DNA of 64,000 nt from an uncultured virus (IMG/VR IMGVR_UViG_3300000917_000001) (Duplodnaviria > Heunggongvirae > Uroviricota > Caudoviricetes), in the IMG/VR virus record IMGVR_UViG_3300000917_000001. The stretch is one strand, 5' to 3'. Positions 37,332 to 47,321 of this stretch are shown here, in pieces. Under the pieces are notes generated by a model. It saw nothing but the letters and a program-made list of their open reading frames with translations, was not told the origin of the DNA and searched no databases. Positions within the stretch are counted from its first letter, which is position 1. Each line of letters opens with the position of its first letter. The position numbers and the translations under genes were made by a program.

Positions 37332-40300
37332 TAAGACACCTCAATCAATGTCATATTTGGGTTGAAATATATTATATTTGGAGAAAATGCCCATCCAACA
37401 ACTTGAACTATTTCTCCACTAATACTTGGTTTCGCTGCTGTAATTTCTCCACTTGTAGCACTCATATAAAGCAAGCATCCAGGAATCCAGTTCCATGAGT
37501 CATCTCTAATAAATCCTAAAGTAATAAATTTGTGTTCACTGGTTGAGTCGCCAACATAAATAGCGGTAGATATTGCATCTTCTGCTGTGGAATCGGATGC
37601 GCTTGAAGCATACCAAACTTGATCAGATTTCTTATGAACAAGAGTACCCCAGTTAAATGCTTGGTCAACAGTTCCTGAAAAACTACTACCAGAAAATTCA
37701 AGATTATTAATAGATGGAGTAATTCCAAATCTTTGCCATTCTCCACCACTATTTTTATATTCCATTGCTCCAGCATTATCTCTGAAACCATAACCTGTTG
37801 TTCCTAAAGTTGTTCCAAAGTTTAAATATCTACTAGATCCGTATATTAAAACATCAGCGTTAAGTTTAAGATCTTCAGTAGAAAAATCACCCAAAATCAA
37901 AGGGGTAGCTGTATTTGAGTTAGAGATATAAAGTTTATTACTTCCTGTTTCATTATATCCTGCTTGATAACCAATAAATATATTAGAACCACCAGTTTGA
38001 TTAGAATAACCAGCTTGACAACCTATAGATACATTAGAAGCACCTATTTGAAGTCTATAAGCTGATCTATAGCCAAGAATAGTATTACTAGAATAACTTT
38101 GATTAGCAGAACCATATCCTGCTTGATATCCAATAACTACATTATTAGCACCAGTTACATTCTGTTGTCCAGAACCTGCTCCAATAAAAATATTATCTGT
38201 ACCTGATGTTAGAGATGCTCCAGCATAAGCTCCTATTGCAATTTGTGAAGCAACACCATTTAAAGTTTGAAAAGATTGTCTTCCAATAGCAATTGTATTA
38301 TCTGCCCCTGCTGTTGCAGTATATAAAGCATCAAATCCCATTGCTATAGTATAATAAGATTGTGTTAAACTCTTTCCTGCCCAATATCCAATTAATACAT
38401 TATAATCGTATGTTTGAATAGCATTACCAGCTTCATAACCAATAATAATATTTGAGGCACCAGAAGTTAAAGAATAACCAGAGCCTTTACCAATACATAC
38501 ATTATTATCTCCAATAGTTAAAGAATAACCAGTTTGATAACCAAGAAGAGTATTATATGAAGATCCACCAGAAGCTACACCATTCATTGTGTAACCAGAT
38601 TGATATCCAACAGCTACATTATAAGTACCAATTCCTATTGTATAACCAGCTTGATAACCTATAAAAACATTTCCACTTTGACTATAAGTAGTTTGTCCAT
38701 AACCAGCTTGATATCCAACTGCTAAGTTACCAGTTCCTGTTAGATTATAAAAACTTGATTGTGTTCCAATTGCTACATTAGTTCCACCTACAGTTGTTGA
38801 AAATCCAGATCTATATCCAATAAAAATATTATCAGAATAACTGTTTCCTGTTACTCCATAACCACTTTCTTGCCCAATTAATATATTTTGTGCACCAGTT
38901 TCATTATAGTAACCAGCTTGATAACCAACCGCTGTATTAGCAGCACCACTACTAAGATTATATAGAGTTTGAAATCCTACAGAAACAGTATTATCTGCAG
39001 TTGTAATTTTATATAAAGACCATAATCCAATTGCGACAATATTAGAATAACTATTTGAAGATACTCCATATGCAGCAAAGTTTCCTAAAATTGTATTATA
39101 TTGACCAGTTTCGTTATAGTAAGAAGCACTGGTTCCAATTATAACGCTATGAAGCGTTGAAGTCATAAAATGGCCAGCTTCACTTCCAATAGCTATAAAT
39201 GAACTAAAACCAGAACCAATACCGCCTGAATAAAGAGCATTATAACCAATAACGACATTATTGCTACCACCTACTGAAGTATAGCAAGCTAAAGAACCTA
39301 TAACTACATTTCTACCACTAGTTGAACCAATTACTTGATAAGCAGCACTTCTCCCTATAAAAACATTATCATCAGCCCCGGATATAGAATATCCAGCTTG
39401 ATAACCAATTAAAACGTTATAATCAGCAGTATAACTTCCTGTTCCATTTAAAGTATAACCAGCTTGATAACCAATAGCAACGTTATAATCTCCAGAAGCA
39501 ATTTGATATCCAGCTTGATAACCAATAAATACATTTCCTTCACCACTATAAGTGTTAGTTCCATATCCTGCTTGTCTACCAATTGCAATATTCTGTGATC
39601 CAGTTACATTATAATATCCTGCTTCATTACCAAGATAAACGTTATCAGTTCCTGTAGTAATTGAAAATCCCGCATTTCCTCCTATAAATAGTTTGTTAGG
39701 AGTAGAAGCAATAGGAGTTACTACTACTATATTATTTCCTTTAAGATTTATCTTCCAATCATCCCCTATAAATGTTGTGGAATAATCTTTAACAATACCT
39801 AAACTATATCCAGTTTCAACAAATTGATCTCCAAAAGGAGTTACTGGAGTAGATTGTAATCCCATTGACGTTACTATAATACCACCAGCTGGTTTTAATC
39901 CATAAGCCACTTTATCTGAATCAATATCTCCACATGCTAAAACACTTATAGTCCCCCAGTTGCTTTGAATACCAATAGTATTTAGGTTTCCATCATCCCC
40001 AAAATTACAAGAATCAACATACCCTCCAATACCTGTATTAGTTATACATGGTTGCCCATCATCAAATACTCTTATAGAAAATTGAAGAAGATAAAATGAA
40101 GCAGCTTCCATATTAAGACTTATTGACGGTTGGCCAGAAGGAATATTAATAGTTACTAAGGTAGGATCGGAATTTGTTGAAATTATAGAAATACTTCCTC
40201 TTGTAAATCTATTAGAAAGAGTAATATTACCTTCGTTATAAACTCCATCGTTTAGAGAAATAGTAATTTCATGCTTATTTAAATCTGATGGAAGTATACT

Positions 40301-40732
40301 TAAAGCATGCTTTATTGTAGCGAATGGATTTACTATTGAACCATCACCAAAAACATCACTACCAGTAGAATCTACATAATAAGTTATATCAGCAGTAGCC
40401 TCATCTCTTAATATTGCATAATTTACATATGTATCTACATAAGTTTTTACTGCTTGTTCAGTAGGAAGAACTGTGTCTGAATCGCCACTTAAAGTACCAT
40501 CTGTTGAAAATTCAACAACAGAAGAACCAGCTGGTAATTGTAAACTTGAAAATTGTCCACTTGCAGGAGTTATAGTTCCAATCGGACCAGGAGCACCCAT
40601 TAGATCACTTATTTCTATTTTTTTAGTCTTCTTAGTGATATCTCCTTCTGAGGTATCAACTATAGCAAGTAAATCATTTGAAGCCGCTTCGGTTAGTTGA
40701 TCTAACTGTGATATTCTTTTATCAGTCGCCAT
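37331..40732 (-). CDS. Long tail fibre / adhesin with NxxIGYQAG repeats
   Basis: KRISQL N-terminus, PTEQAVKTYVD, YVDSTGSD..GDGS..NPFATI, tens of 14-18 aa Gly/Asn repeats. Confidence 0.85.
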   Translation of the reverse strand: MATDKRISQLDQLTEAASNDLLAIVDTSEGDITKKTKKIEISDLMGAPGPIGTITPASGQFSSLQLPAGSSVVEFSTDGTLSGDSDTVLPTEQAVKTYVDTYVNYAILRDEATADITYYVDSTGSDVFGDGSIVNPFATIKHALSILPSDLNKHEITISLNDGVYNEGNITLSNRFTRGSISIISTNSDPTLVTINIPSGQPSISLNMEAASFYLLQFSIRVFDDGQPCITNTGIGGYVDSCNFGDDGNLNTIGIQSNWGTISVLACGDIDSDKVAYGLKPAGGIIVTSMGLQSTPVTPFGDQFVETGYSLGIVKDYSTTFIGDDWKINLKGNNIVVVTPIASTPNKLFIGGNAGFSITTGTDNVYLGNEAGYYNVTGSQNIAIGRQAGYGTNTYSGEGNVFIGYQAGYQIASGDYNVAIGYQAGYTLNGTGSYTADYNVLIGYQAGYSISGADDNVFIGRSAAYQVIGSTSGRNVVIGSLACYTSVGGSNNVVIGYNALYSGGIGSGFSSFIAIGSEAGHFMTSTLHSVIIGTSASYYNETGQYNTILGNFAAYGVSSNSYSNIVAIGLWSLYKITTADNTVSVGFQTLYNLSSGAANTAVGYQAGYYNETGAQNILIGQESGYGVTGNSYSDNIFIGYRSGFSTTVGGTNVAIGTQSSFYNLTGTGNLAVGYQAGYGQTTYSQSGNVFIGYQAGYTIGIGTYNVAVGYQSGYTMNGVASGGSSYNTLLGYQTGYSLTIGDNNVCIGKGSGYSLTSGASNIIIGYEAGNAIQTYDYNVLIGYWAGKSLTQSYYTIAMGFDALYTATAGADNTIAIGRQSFQTLNGVASQIAIGAYAGASLTSGTDNIFIGAGSGQQNVTGANNVVIGYQAGYGSANQSYSSNTILGYRSAYRLQIGASNVSIGCQAGYSNQTGGSNIFIGYQAGYNETGSNKLYISNSNTATPLILGDFSTEDLKLNADVLIYGSSRYLNFGTTLGTTGYGFRDNAGAMEYKNSGGEWQRFGITPSINNLEFSGSSFSGTVDQAFNWGTLVHKKSDQVWYASSASDSTAEDAISTAIYVGDSTSEHKFITLGFIRDDSWNWIPGCLLYMSATSGEITAAKPSISGEIVQVVGWAFSPNIIYFNPNMTLIEVS

Positions 40733-40746
40733 TGTTTGATATCCTT

Positions 40747-41034
40747 TTAATCGAATAATGTAAAAGTTTCTTCCGCTCTGTCATATAACTCTTGTAATCT
40801 TGTTCCTGGAAAGTCTGGAATTTTTCCGACCTTTTTCCTTAATAACTCGTCTAAATATTTGAGTTTTTCAAGTGTTTGATAAGTTAATTCAACAATCTTT
40901 AATTCCGTCGGATCGGGGTCTTCCTTGTTTTCCAGATGATCTAAGAGCACAGTTAGAGTTTCAAAAGTTTCTTGAATTTCTTTTGAATGGAGTTCTTGTA
41001 AGAAACGGACAATTGTATTATTTATGTTTGACAT
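40747..41034 (-). CDS. Hypothetical protein
   Basis: GAGGAG SD. Confidence 0.65.
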   Translation of the reverse strand: MSNINNTIVRFLQELHSKEIQETFETLTVLLDHLENKEDPDPTELKIVELTYQTLEKLKYLDELLRKKVGKIPDFPGTRLQELYDRAEETFTLFD

Positions 41035-41097
41035 GATGCTCCTCTGGAATTTTTTTCTCTATAAAAATATGAGATTTCAATTTAATAAATATCCTTA

Positions 41098-41970
41098 CTA
41101 TCCTATGACTGTTGCTCTAAGATTTACTGTATTTACTGGCATCCAGATTCTAATGTTGGTTGTGCTTGTAAAATCTATTTCTTCAGGTATTGTAATAGTA
41201 CCATCAGAAGAATCTTGAAGTGTTACTGAAGCATAGTTTGAATTTATAGGGGCAATATTAATATCAGCATAATAACTACCACCAGAGATGGTCCATGAAT
41301 TTAAGAGTGCTGTTATTTTCAAAGCGCCAAATTGAACCCATTGAGTATCAGTTCCTAACCACATTGTCTGGTCTGTAGTAACATAAACTAGTCTTCCTTC
41401 ATCTCTATCTCTATCAAAAGTTGGAAGGAAAACTTCACCACTTAAATACCACTTTGTAAATTCTCGTTTTACTGTTACGTCATCTGGGTCATAATCATAA
41501 AGAGTACTTACTTCAAATGTAAGACCATTGAATATTACATCAACACATTTAATAAATACTAAGGAAGAAGAAGGTTGGAAGGTTGTCACTCTTTGACTTG
41601 GTTTTATAATCTTTATTTCAGCTTCAGGAGCGGGTCTTGATTTTACGAAAGTATACTCTACACAAATATAATAGTAACCAGCTTCATTAAATCCACCACC
41701 AAACGATACATAATTATCAGAATCTTCAAAGTCAACGGTATGCTCTTGTGTAATGTGAATAAGCATATCATCTTTGAAAACGATTCCAGGTTGGACTTCT
41801 ACTTTGGTGGTTGATGTGGCATCTGCATAAACTTGAAGGTCATTAGGACTATTTAAAACTCCGCTTCCATCTGTCAATCTTGTTACCATTCTCGTTAAAC
41901 GATTAACTATATCACTATTATAAGATGCAAATGGATCTACGGTTCTTATTTGTGTAGGAACGCTGCTCAT
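41098..41970 (-). CDS. Putative virion structural (tail/baseplate) protein
   Basis: Beta-rich composition; heads the tail-fibre unit. Confidence 0.6.
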   Translation of the reverse strand: MSSVPTQIRTVDPFASYNSDIVNRLTRMVTRLTDGSGVLNSPNDLQVYADATSTTKVEVQPGIVFKDDMLIHITQEHTVDFEDSDNYVSFGGGFNEAGYYYICVEYTFVKSRPAPEAEIKIIKPSQRVTTFQPSSSLVFIKCVDVIFNGLTFEVSTLYDYDPDDVTVKREFTKWYLSGEVFLPTFDRDRDEGRLVYVTTDQTMWLGTDTQWVQFGALKITALLNSWTISGGSYYADINIAPINSNYASVTLQDSSDGTITIPEEIDFTSTTNIRIWMPVNTVNLRATVIG

Positions 41971-42147
41971 TAATAATGTCTCCCTTAAAGATTGTATTCA
42001 CTAGAATCTTGCTGCACTCTTTGATTTTTGTTCTTAAATCTAATCTTAATTAGTTTATTACGAACAAGACACAATTTATTTTGTTTAGTTTTTTCTATAT
42101 ATATTAATACTTGAATGAACGAGATCTTGTATTTTTTTCTTGGGAGA

Positions 42148-42187
42148 CAAAAAAGGATGGCGCTACCCACTTTCGAGTAGCGCCACT
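42148..42187 (-). terminator. Intrinsic terminator
   Basis: TGGCGCTAC..GTAGCGCCA stem with a T run on the minus strand. Confidence 0.7.
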
Positions 42188-42267
42188 TAACATTATCATT
42201 AACTAATAAGATTAATTACGTTAGTAATTTATTAGTATTTTGTTCTATAGAAAAATGAAGATTAGTT

Positions 42268-42897
42268 TTAACGTTTTATCACTCGATCAATTTCTTCATT
42301 ATTCGTATGTTTACTATTAATCTCAAAAATAGTCCATCCATCTTTCTTTAATTTATGATTTCTCAATGGATCAAGAACTCCCTGATTATGCCAAAAAGCT
42401 TTTGGAAATTCAACATCAACCTTAGATACTGGATCAGCAAAGTCTGTAATATGCTCATACATAAGACGACCCTGAATATCAAATTTCTGAATTAAATAGT
42501 TTTGTTTCATATCTGGATATAATATCCTTAAATGTTCAAGAATTCGTAATTTTGACTTCTCTATTGCATTTAATGGAGGGGTTTCCTTAGTAAATTCTTT
42601 TATTGCTAGTTCTTCAATGGCTGGGGTTTGCTCTTCAGTAAAGGCAAGATCTGTTTCTATTTTTGGTTCTTTTTCTGCTTCTTGCATTTTGAATAGTTTT
42701 TCTTTTCCAAATTTAGACCTAGCAGAAAACTCATCATTAAAGGTAGGAGCATTAGGAAATTGCTTTTTATAGTCAGCAACTGTCATTTTATTATGTTTAT
42801 AATAAAGATGAGGAGGTGAAATAGTCATCATTGATTTTCCACATAACTGACAAATAACTAATCCTTTTTCGTCTAGATATTTAGGTTCTTCGCTCAT
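42268..42897 (-). CDS. Zinc-finger plus Vsr/DUF559-like endonuclease-domain protein
   Basis: CQLCG...HL..KH...Y...FP N-domain; DF....VDVEF...FWH...GW C-domain. Confidence 0.6.
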   Translation of the reverse strand: MSEEPKYLDEKGLVICQLCGKSMMTISPPHLYYKHNKMTVADYKKQFPNAPTFNDEFSARSKFGKEKLFKMQEAEKEPKIETDLAFTEEQTPAIEELAIKEFTKETPPLNAIEKSKLRILEHLRILYPDMKQNYLIQKFDIQGRLMYEHITDFADPVSKVDVEFPKAFWHNQGVLDPLRNHKLKKDGWTIFEINSKHTNNEEIDRVIKR

Positions 42898-42952
42898 TAC
42901 TTTTCTCCCTTCGTTTTGGATAATTTAATTTTTGTTCTCAAAAGGAGGTAAG

Positions 42953-43402
42953 ATGGAAATTGAACAGGAGGAATTGTATCAATTATTTGGATTAAAAGTA
43001 GAGCCTTTACGAAATCATCATTACATTATCAGCATAGGGATTCATCCAGCAACAGCAAGTATGGAACAAGCTGGAAAATTTTATTTAAAATATAGACCTA
43101 TACATTTTACAAATGATGATATTCTAAATGTTGCAAAAGCAAGAACTACTATAGAAGATAGAGTATTTAAAACAAAACCAGATGAAGCAATGAAAATGTT
43201 TAATTGTCAAGAATTAATTCATAATTTAACTATGATTTCTCAAGGATCTGCTGCAAATAATTGTACTTTACATCATTTCTCAGCAGATTTTGAAATTGAA
43301 GAAGATTATTTTGAAATGTTAGCTGATCTAGCTAATAAATTTCCGTATGAAAGAGAATTAATTGCAAGATCAAGAATAGGTGGTGGAGTGAGTTTTGTTT
43401 AA
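42953..43402 (+). CDS. Hypothetical protein
   Basis: AGGAGGT SD before ATG 42953. Confidence 0.75.
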   Translation: MEIEQEELYQLFGLKVEPLRNHHYIISIGIHPATASMEQAGKFYLKYRPIHFTNDDILNVAKARTTIEDRVFKTKPDEAMKMFNCQELIHNLTMISQGSAANNCTLHHFSADFEIEEDYFEMLADLANKFPYERELIARSRIGGGVSFV

Positions 43403-43429
43403 CTTTTAAAAATGAAAGGAGTTTTTACA

Positions 43430-45187
43430 ATGATTTGGGTTATTCTTACTTTGATTTTTGTTTTTCTTGCTATTTTCATTAAACAAATTTTAGGATTTTT
43501 TAGTGAAACTTCCGGTACAAGTTTCAAGGCTTATGTCGGAAGAGGAGTTTGTATTATTCTTGCTTTTCTTTGTTTTGCTCATACGAGTATCGTTTTCGTA
43601 AGAGATGAGCACTTTTTAGCAGTAACGAAGATTTATATGGGATCTGATATGGCACCTGGCCAGATTGTTGCTGCACCTTGGCAAAAAGGTCCACAGGCAT
43701 GGATTATTCCTCCAGGATTTCATTTTATCCCATTTTTTACAGTAGTTTATGATGATTATACTATTCCTGAAGTCAATGTTCCAAGTGGTCATTATGTTAT
43801 TCTAACAGCTAAAGATGGAAAAGTTTTACCACAAGGAGAGTTTGTTGCTCCAGAATGGGAAGACACAAAAATGCTTGATGCTATGCATTTTCTTGGATTT
43901 GATGGTGGAGAAAAGAATTATAAAGAAGCAAGGGGGACGAAAGGACCACAATTAACAGTTCTTACTCCAGGAAACTTCAGAGTCAATCCATATCTATTTC
44001 AGGTTTCACAACCACTCAAAGCGAAGACAATTAATGCAGGATTTGTTGGGGTTGTTAAATCAAATGTAGGCCCAGAATATACTGGCCCAACAATTCTTCC
44101 TCCTGACTCTACAGCAGTTTATCTTTCGTCTCCAGTGGTTCCAAAAGGATATAGAGGAATATGGAAAGAAGTATTAATTCCTGGTGCATACTATATGAAT
44201 GAAGTAGCATATACTATAACAGATATTGATACAAGAATGCAAACATGGGAATATATTGGCGGGTTCAAGCAAAGATGGATTGACTTAAAAGTAGATGATG
44301 CAGGAAATATTGTTCAAAGCGAAAGAGCAATTGATGTTCCAATTCCTCAAGGTTCAGCTGATATGGCAATCCTTCTAAGAGTTGAGAACTGGGATATTTT
44401 CCTTGACTCTAGAATCCAGGTTCAAGTTGCCCCAACCAATGCACCCTTTATTGTTGCCTCTGTAGGTGGGATAAAAGAGGTAGAAGATAAAGTTATTACG
44501 CCAATGTATCGTGCTATTTTAAGAAATATTATTGCAAGAAACACTACAGAAGTTGTAGAAGAAAAAGGTGTTAAAAAAGAGATTATACGACAAAGAAAAG
44601 CCCTTGATCTTCTATATCAAAGATCTGAGTTGGAGTCTGAAGTTGAGAAAGAACTAATTCCTCAAGGAATGAAAGTTGGAATTACAATTTCTCAAGTTCT
44701 ATTTGGTGACCCAGCGGTTCCACCAGAACTATTGATTCCTGGAAAAAGACAGCAATTAGCTAGTCAATTAATGGATACATATAGACAAGAAAAGATTGCT
44801 CAATCTGAAAGAGTTAACTCAGAGAATGAGAAAGCAAAAGCAAATCAACAAAGCGGATTGGTTCAATCACAAATTGGAATCCAAATTGCTGATAATAATG
44901 CTGCAGCAAGGAAAAAATCAGGGGAAGGTGAAGAAGCATATATGAAAGCTGTAGCTAGAGGTCAAGAAGCCCAAGCTAATATTCTTGGTAAAGATAAAGC
45001 TTATGAACTAGCTTATATCAAAGTTATCATGGATACAATTAAAGAGCATCCAGATATTATAAAGATGCCCAACACCTTAGTTATGGGTGAAAACAGTGGG
45101 TTTACTGGCGCAGCAGCAATTTTAGGTGGATCTAATATTGGTCTTGGAATAAAACCAGAACCAGGAATCCAACCAAAAACAAAATAA
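43430..45187 (+). CDS. SPFH / band-7 (flotillin-like) membrane protein
   Basis: N-terminal TM helices, repeated KGPQ...L.PG..NPY units, C-terminal Ala/Glu coiled coil. Confidence 0.8.
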   Translation: MIWVILTLIFVFLAIFIKQILGFFSETSGTSFKAYVGRGVCIILAFLCFAHTSIVFVRDEHFLAVTKIYMGSDMAPGQIVAAPWQKGPQAWIIPPGFHFIPFFTVVYDDYTIPEVNVPSGHYVILTAKDGKVLPQGEFVAPEWEDTKMLDAMHFLGFDGGEKNYKEARGTKGPQLTVLTPGNFRVNPYLFQVSQPLKAKTINAGFVGVVKSNVGPEYTGPTILPPDSTAVYLSSPVVPKGYRGIWKEVLIPGAYYMNEVAYTITDIDTRMQTWEYIGGFKQRWIDLKVDDAGNIVQSERAIDVPIPQGSADMAILLRVENWDIFLDSRIQVQVAPTNAPFIVASVGGIKEVEDKVITPMYRAILRNIIARNTTEVVEEKGVKKEIIRQRKALDLLYQRSELESEVEKELIPQGMKVGITISQVLFGDPAVPPELLIPGKRQQLASQLMDTYRQEKIAQSERVNSENEKAKANQQSGLVQSQIGIQIADNNAAARKKSGEGEEAYMKAVARGQEAQANILGKDKAYELAYIKVIMDTIKEHPDIIKMPNTLVMGENSGFTGAAAILGGSNIGLGIKPEPGIQPKTK

Positions 45188-45238
45188 CTTTCGAAAGAGT
45201 GGAGTTACTAACACTAACTCCACTCAGAAAGGATTTAA

Positions 45239-45721
45239 ATGGCTGAATGTGTAGGGTGTGGTTATTGTTGTCTTAAAAGCCCATGTGAAGCATGTAGAAG
45301 AATATATCCAGGTGCAACCTTATGCCCAGCACTATATTGGAATAAAGAGAAAAAGATGCATAGATGCAAACTTATGGAACTACCAGGAGATGTTGGATTA
45401 GCGTATAGAAATGAATTATATGCAGGAACAGAATGCTCAAGTTCATTATTTAATGATTGGAGAATAGATATTAGATGCAGATTAGAAACAATTGAGAAAG
45501 GAAATAAAAATCCTCTAAGTTCAGATCTTCAAGCGTTTGCTAAAGCATTAGCTAGCGAACCTTTTATAAGTTCAGACACATTAAAGATTGCAGTATATGG
45601 TTTTATAAATGAACTGCAGAAAAAAGGATATGAAAAGAAAGAAAGTGAATATCTTGGGAGCTGGTTACAGCATGTTTTATTTGAGAATAGGAATTCTTTT
45701 GCAAAAGACTTCATGGGATGA
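45239..45721 (+). CDS. Cys-cluster (CxxCGxCC) metal-binding protein
   Basis: CVGCGYCCLKSPC..C...CPAL.W. Confidence 0.7.
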   Translation: MAECVGCGYCCLKSPCEACRRIYPGATLCPALYWNKEKKMHRCKLMELPGDVGLAYRNELYAGTECSSSLFNDWRIDIRCRLETIEKGNKNPLSSDLQAFAKALASEPFISSDTLKIAVYGFINELQKKGYEKKESEYLGSWLQHVLFENRNSFAKDFMG

Positions 45722-45733
45722 AAGGAGTAGTTA

Positions 45734-46546
45734 ATGGGAGACAGAATTGAGTTGTTGATTATTGACCCTCAGAATGATTTCTGCGATCCTAAGGGTGCTT
45801 TATTTGTTACAAATGCAGATAAGGATATGGAAAGATTATCAACAATGATAAAGAAATTTAAAGGATCTCTATACGATATCCATGTTACATTGGATAGTCA
45901 CCATTTTGTGGATATTGCTCATCCAGTATTCTGGATTGATTCAAAAGGGAATCATCCTGGTCCATTCACAATTATTACAAAGGATGATGTAAAATCTGGA
46001 AAGTGGACAACCACAAACCCAACTTATAGAAAAAGAGGTTTGGAATATGTAACCAAACTAGAAGGAAATGCAAGGTATCCTCTTTGCATTTGGCCACCTC
46101 ATTGTCTTATTGGAAGCTGGGGTTATACAGTATTCAAACCTCTATTTGAATCTTTATTGGAATGGGAAACAGAATTTGCTGTTGTTGATTTTGTGACCAA
46201 AGGTTCAAACCCTTGGACAGAGCATTATTCAGCAGTTCAGGCAGATGTTCCTGATCCAAATGATCCAGATACACAATTGAATCAAAGACTTATATCAACT
46301 CTTCAAAATGCAGATACAATTCTCTTGTCAGGTGAAGCAAGATCTCATTGTCTTGCTAATACTGTCAGAGATATTGCAAATAATTTTGGCGAAGAGAATA
46401 TCAAAAAGATGGTTCTATTAACTGATGCCACATCTGATGTTGGTGATATGCCGGGGTCAACTATGTTCAAAGACATGGGAGAAGGATTTGTCAAAGAGAT
46501 GACCAAACGTGGTATGAAACTATCAACAACCAAGGACTTCTTTTAG
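45734..46546 (+). CDS. Nicotinamidase / isochorismatase-family cysteine hydrolase
   Basis: LLIIDPQNDF, TLDSH, WPPHC, TKG, GEARSHC. Confidence 0.9.
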   Translation: MGDRIELLIIDPQNDFCDPKGALFVTNADKDMERLSTMIKKFKGSLYDIHVTLDSHHFVDIAHPVFWIDSKGNHPGPFTIITKDDVKSGKWTTTNPTYRKRGLEYVTKLEGNARYPLCIWPPHCLIGSWGYTVFKPLFESLLEWETEFAVVDFVTKGSNPWTEHYSAVQADVPDPNDPDTQLNQRLISTLQNADTILLSGEARSHCLANTVRDIANNFGEENIKKMVLLTDATSDVGDMPGSTMFKDMGEGFVKEMTKRGMKLSTTKDFF

Positions 46547-46556
46547 GGGTAAAGTC

Positions 46557-47312
46557 ATGCCTAAATTAATGCCAACTGAGTCGAATGAACTATTCTCCGT
46601 TGCCGGACCTGGAAACTTTCAATTTTCAGCTATCAGAATTGACCACCTTGGAGCATCCGAATACACTCTAGTCACAGTAGTTTGTGATATAACTGGAAGT
46701 GTAGCTGGATTTTCAACCGACCTGCTAAAGATGATAAAAGCAGTAGCGGCAGCTTGTAAAAAGAATCCAAGAGCAGAAAATCTATTATTAAGAGTAACAT
46801 TATTTAATCATGATGTTGGAATTCAAGAAGTTCATGGATTTAAACTATTAGCAGAAATTGATCCTGATAAAGATTATACACAACTTCATCCAGATAGTTC
46901 AACACCATTATATGACGCAACCTACGATGCAATAGGAGCTACATTAACATATGCAAAGCAACTAAGAACACAAGATTTTGATGTAAATGGTTGCGTATAT
47001 ATTATAACAGATGGTGATGATAACGCCTCAAGAATGAAAACTAAACATATCAAAGAGCAAATTGACAATGCAAAACAAAAGGAAACTATTGAATCACTAA
47101 TTACTATTCTCGTTGGAATCAATGTTAACGATCCAGGAATGAAAGCACGATTAGATACATTCCATAAAGAAGCAGATTTAACACAATATGTAGATGCTGG
47201 GAGTGCAACTCCTCAAAGATTAGCAAAATTGGCAAATTTTGTGAGTCAAAGTATTAGTAGTCAAAGTCAAGCACTTGGTACAGGAATGCCAAGTCAAAAG
47301 TTGGTCTTCTAA
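46557..47312 (+). CDS. vWA-domain protein (TerY-like)
   Basis: MIDAS DITGSV, TPLYDA, IITDGDDNAS. Confidence 0.88.
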   Translation: MPKLMPTESNELFSVAGPGNFQFSAIRIDHLGASEYTLVTVVCDITGSVAGFSTDLLKMIKAVAAACKKNPRAENLLLRVTLFNHDVGIQEVHGFKLLAEIDPDKDYTQLHPDSSTPLYDATYDAIGATLTYAKQLRTQDFDVNGCVYIITDGDDNASRMKTKHIKEQIDNAKQKETIESLITILVGINVNDPGMKARLDTFHKEADLTQYVDAGSATPQRLAKLANFVSQSISSQSQALGTGMPSQKLVF

Positions 47313-47321
47313 GGAGAAATT

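Noticed and set aside
37900..39700. Repeats such as CCAGCTTGATAACC considered as a CRISPR array or DGR repeats
   Set aside because: They are degenerate codon-level repeats of the GYQAG protein motif; no spacers, cas genes or reverse transcriptase.
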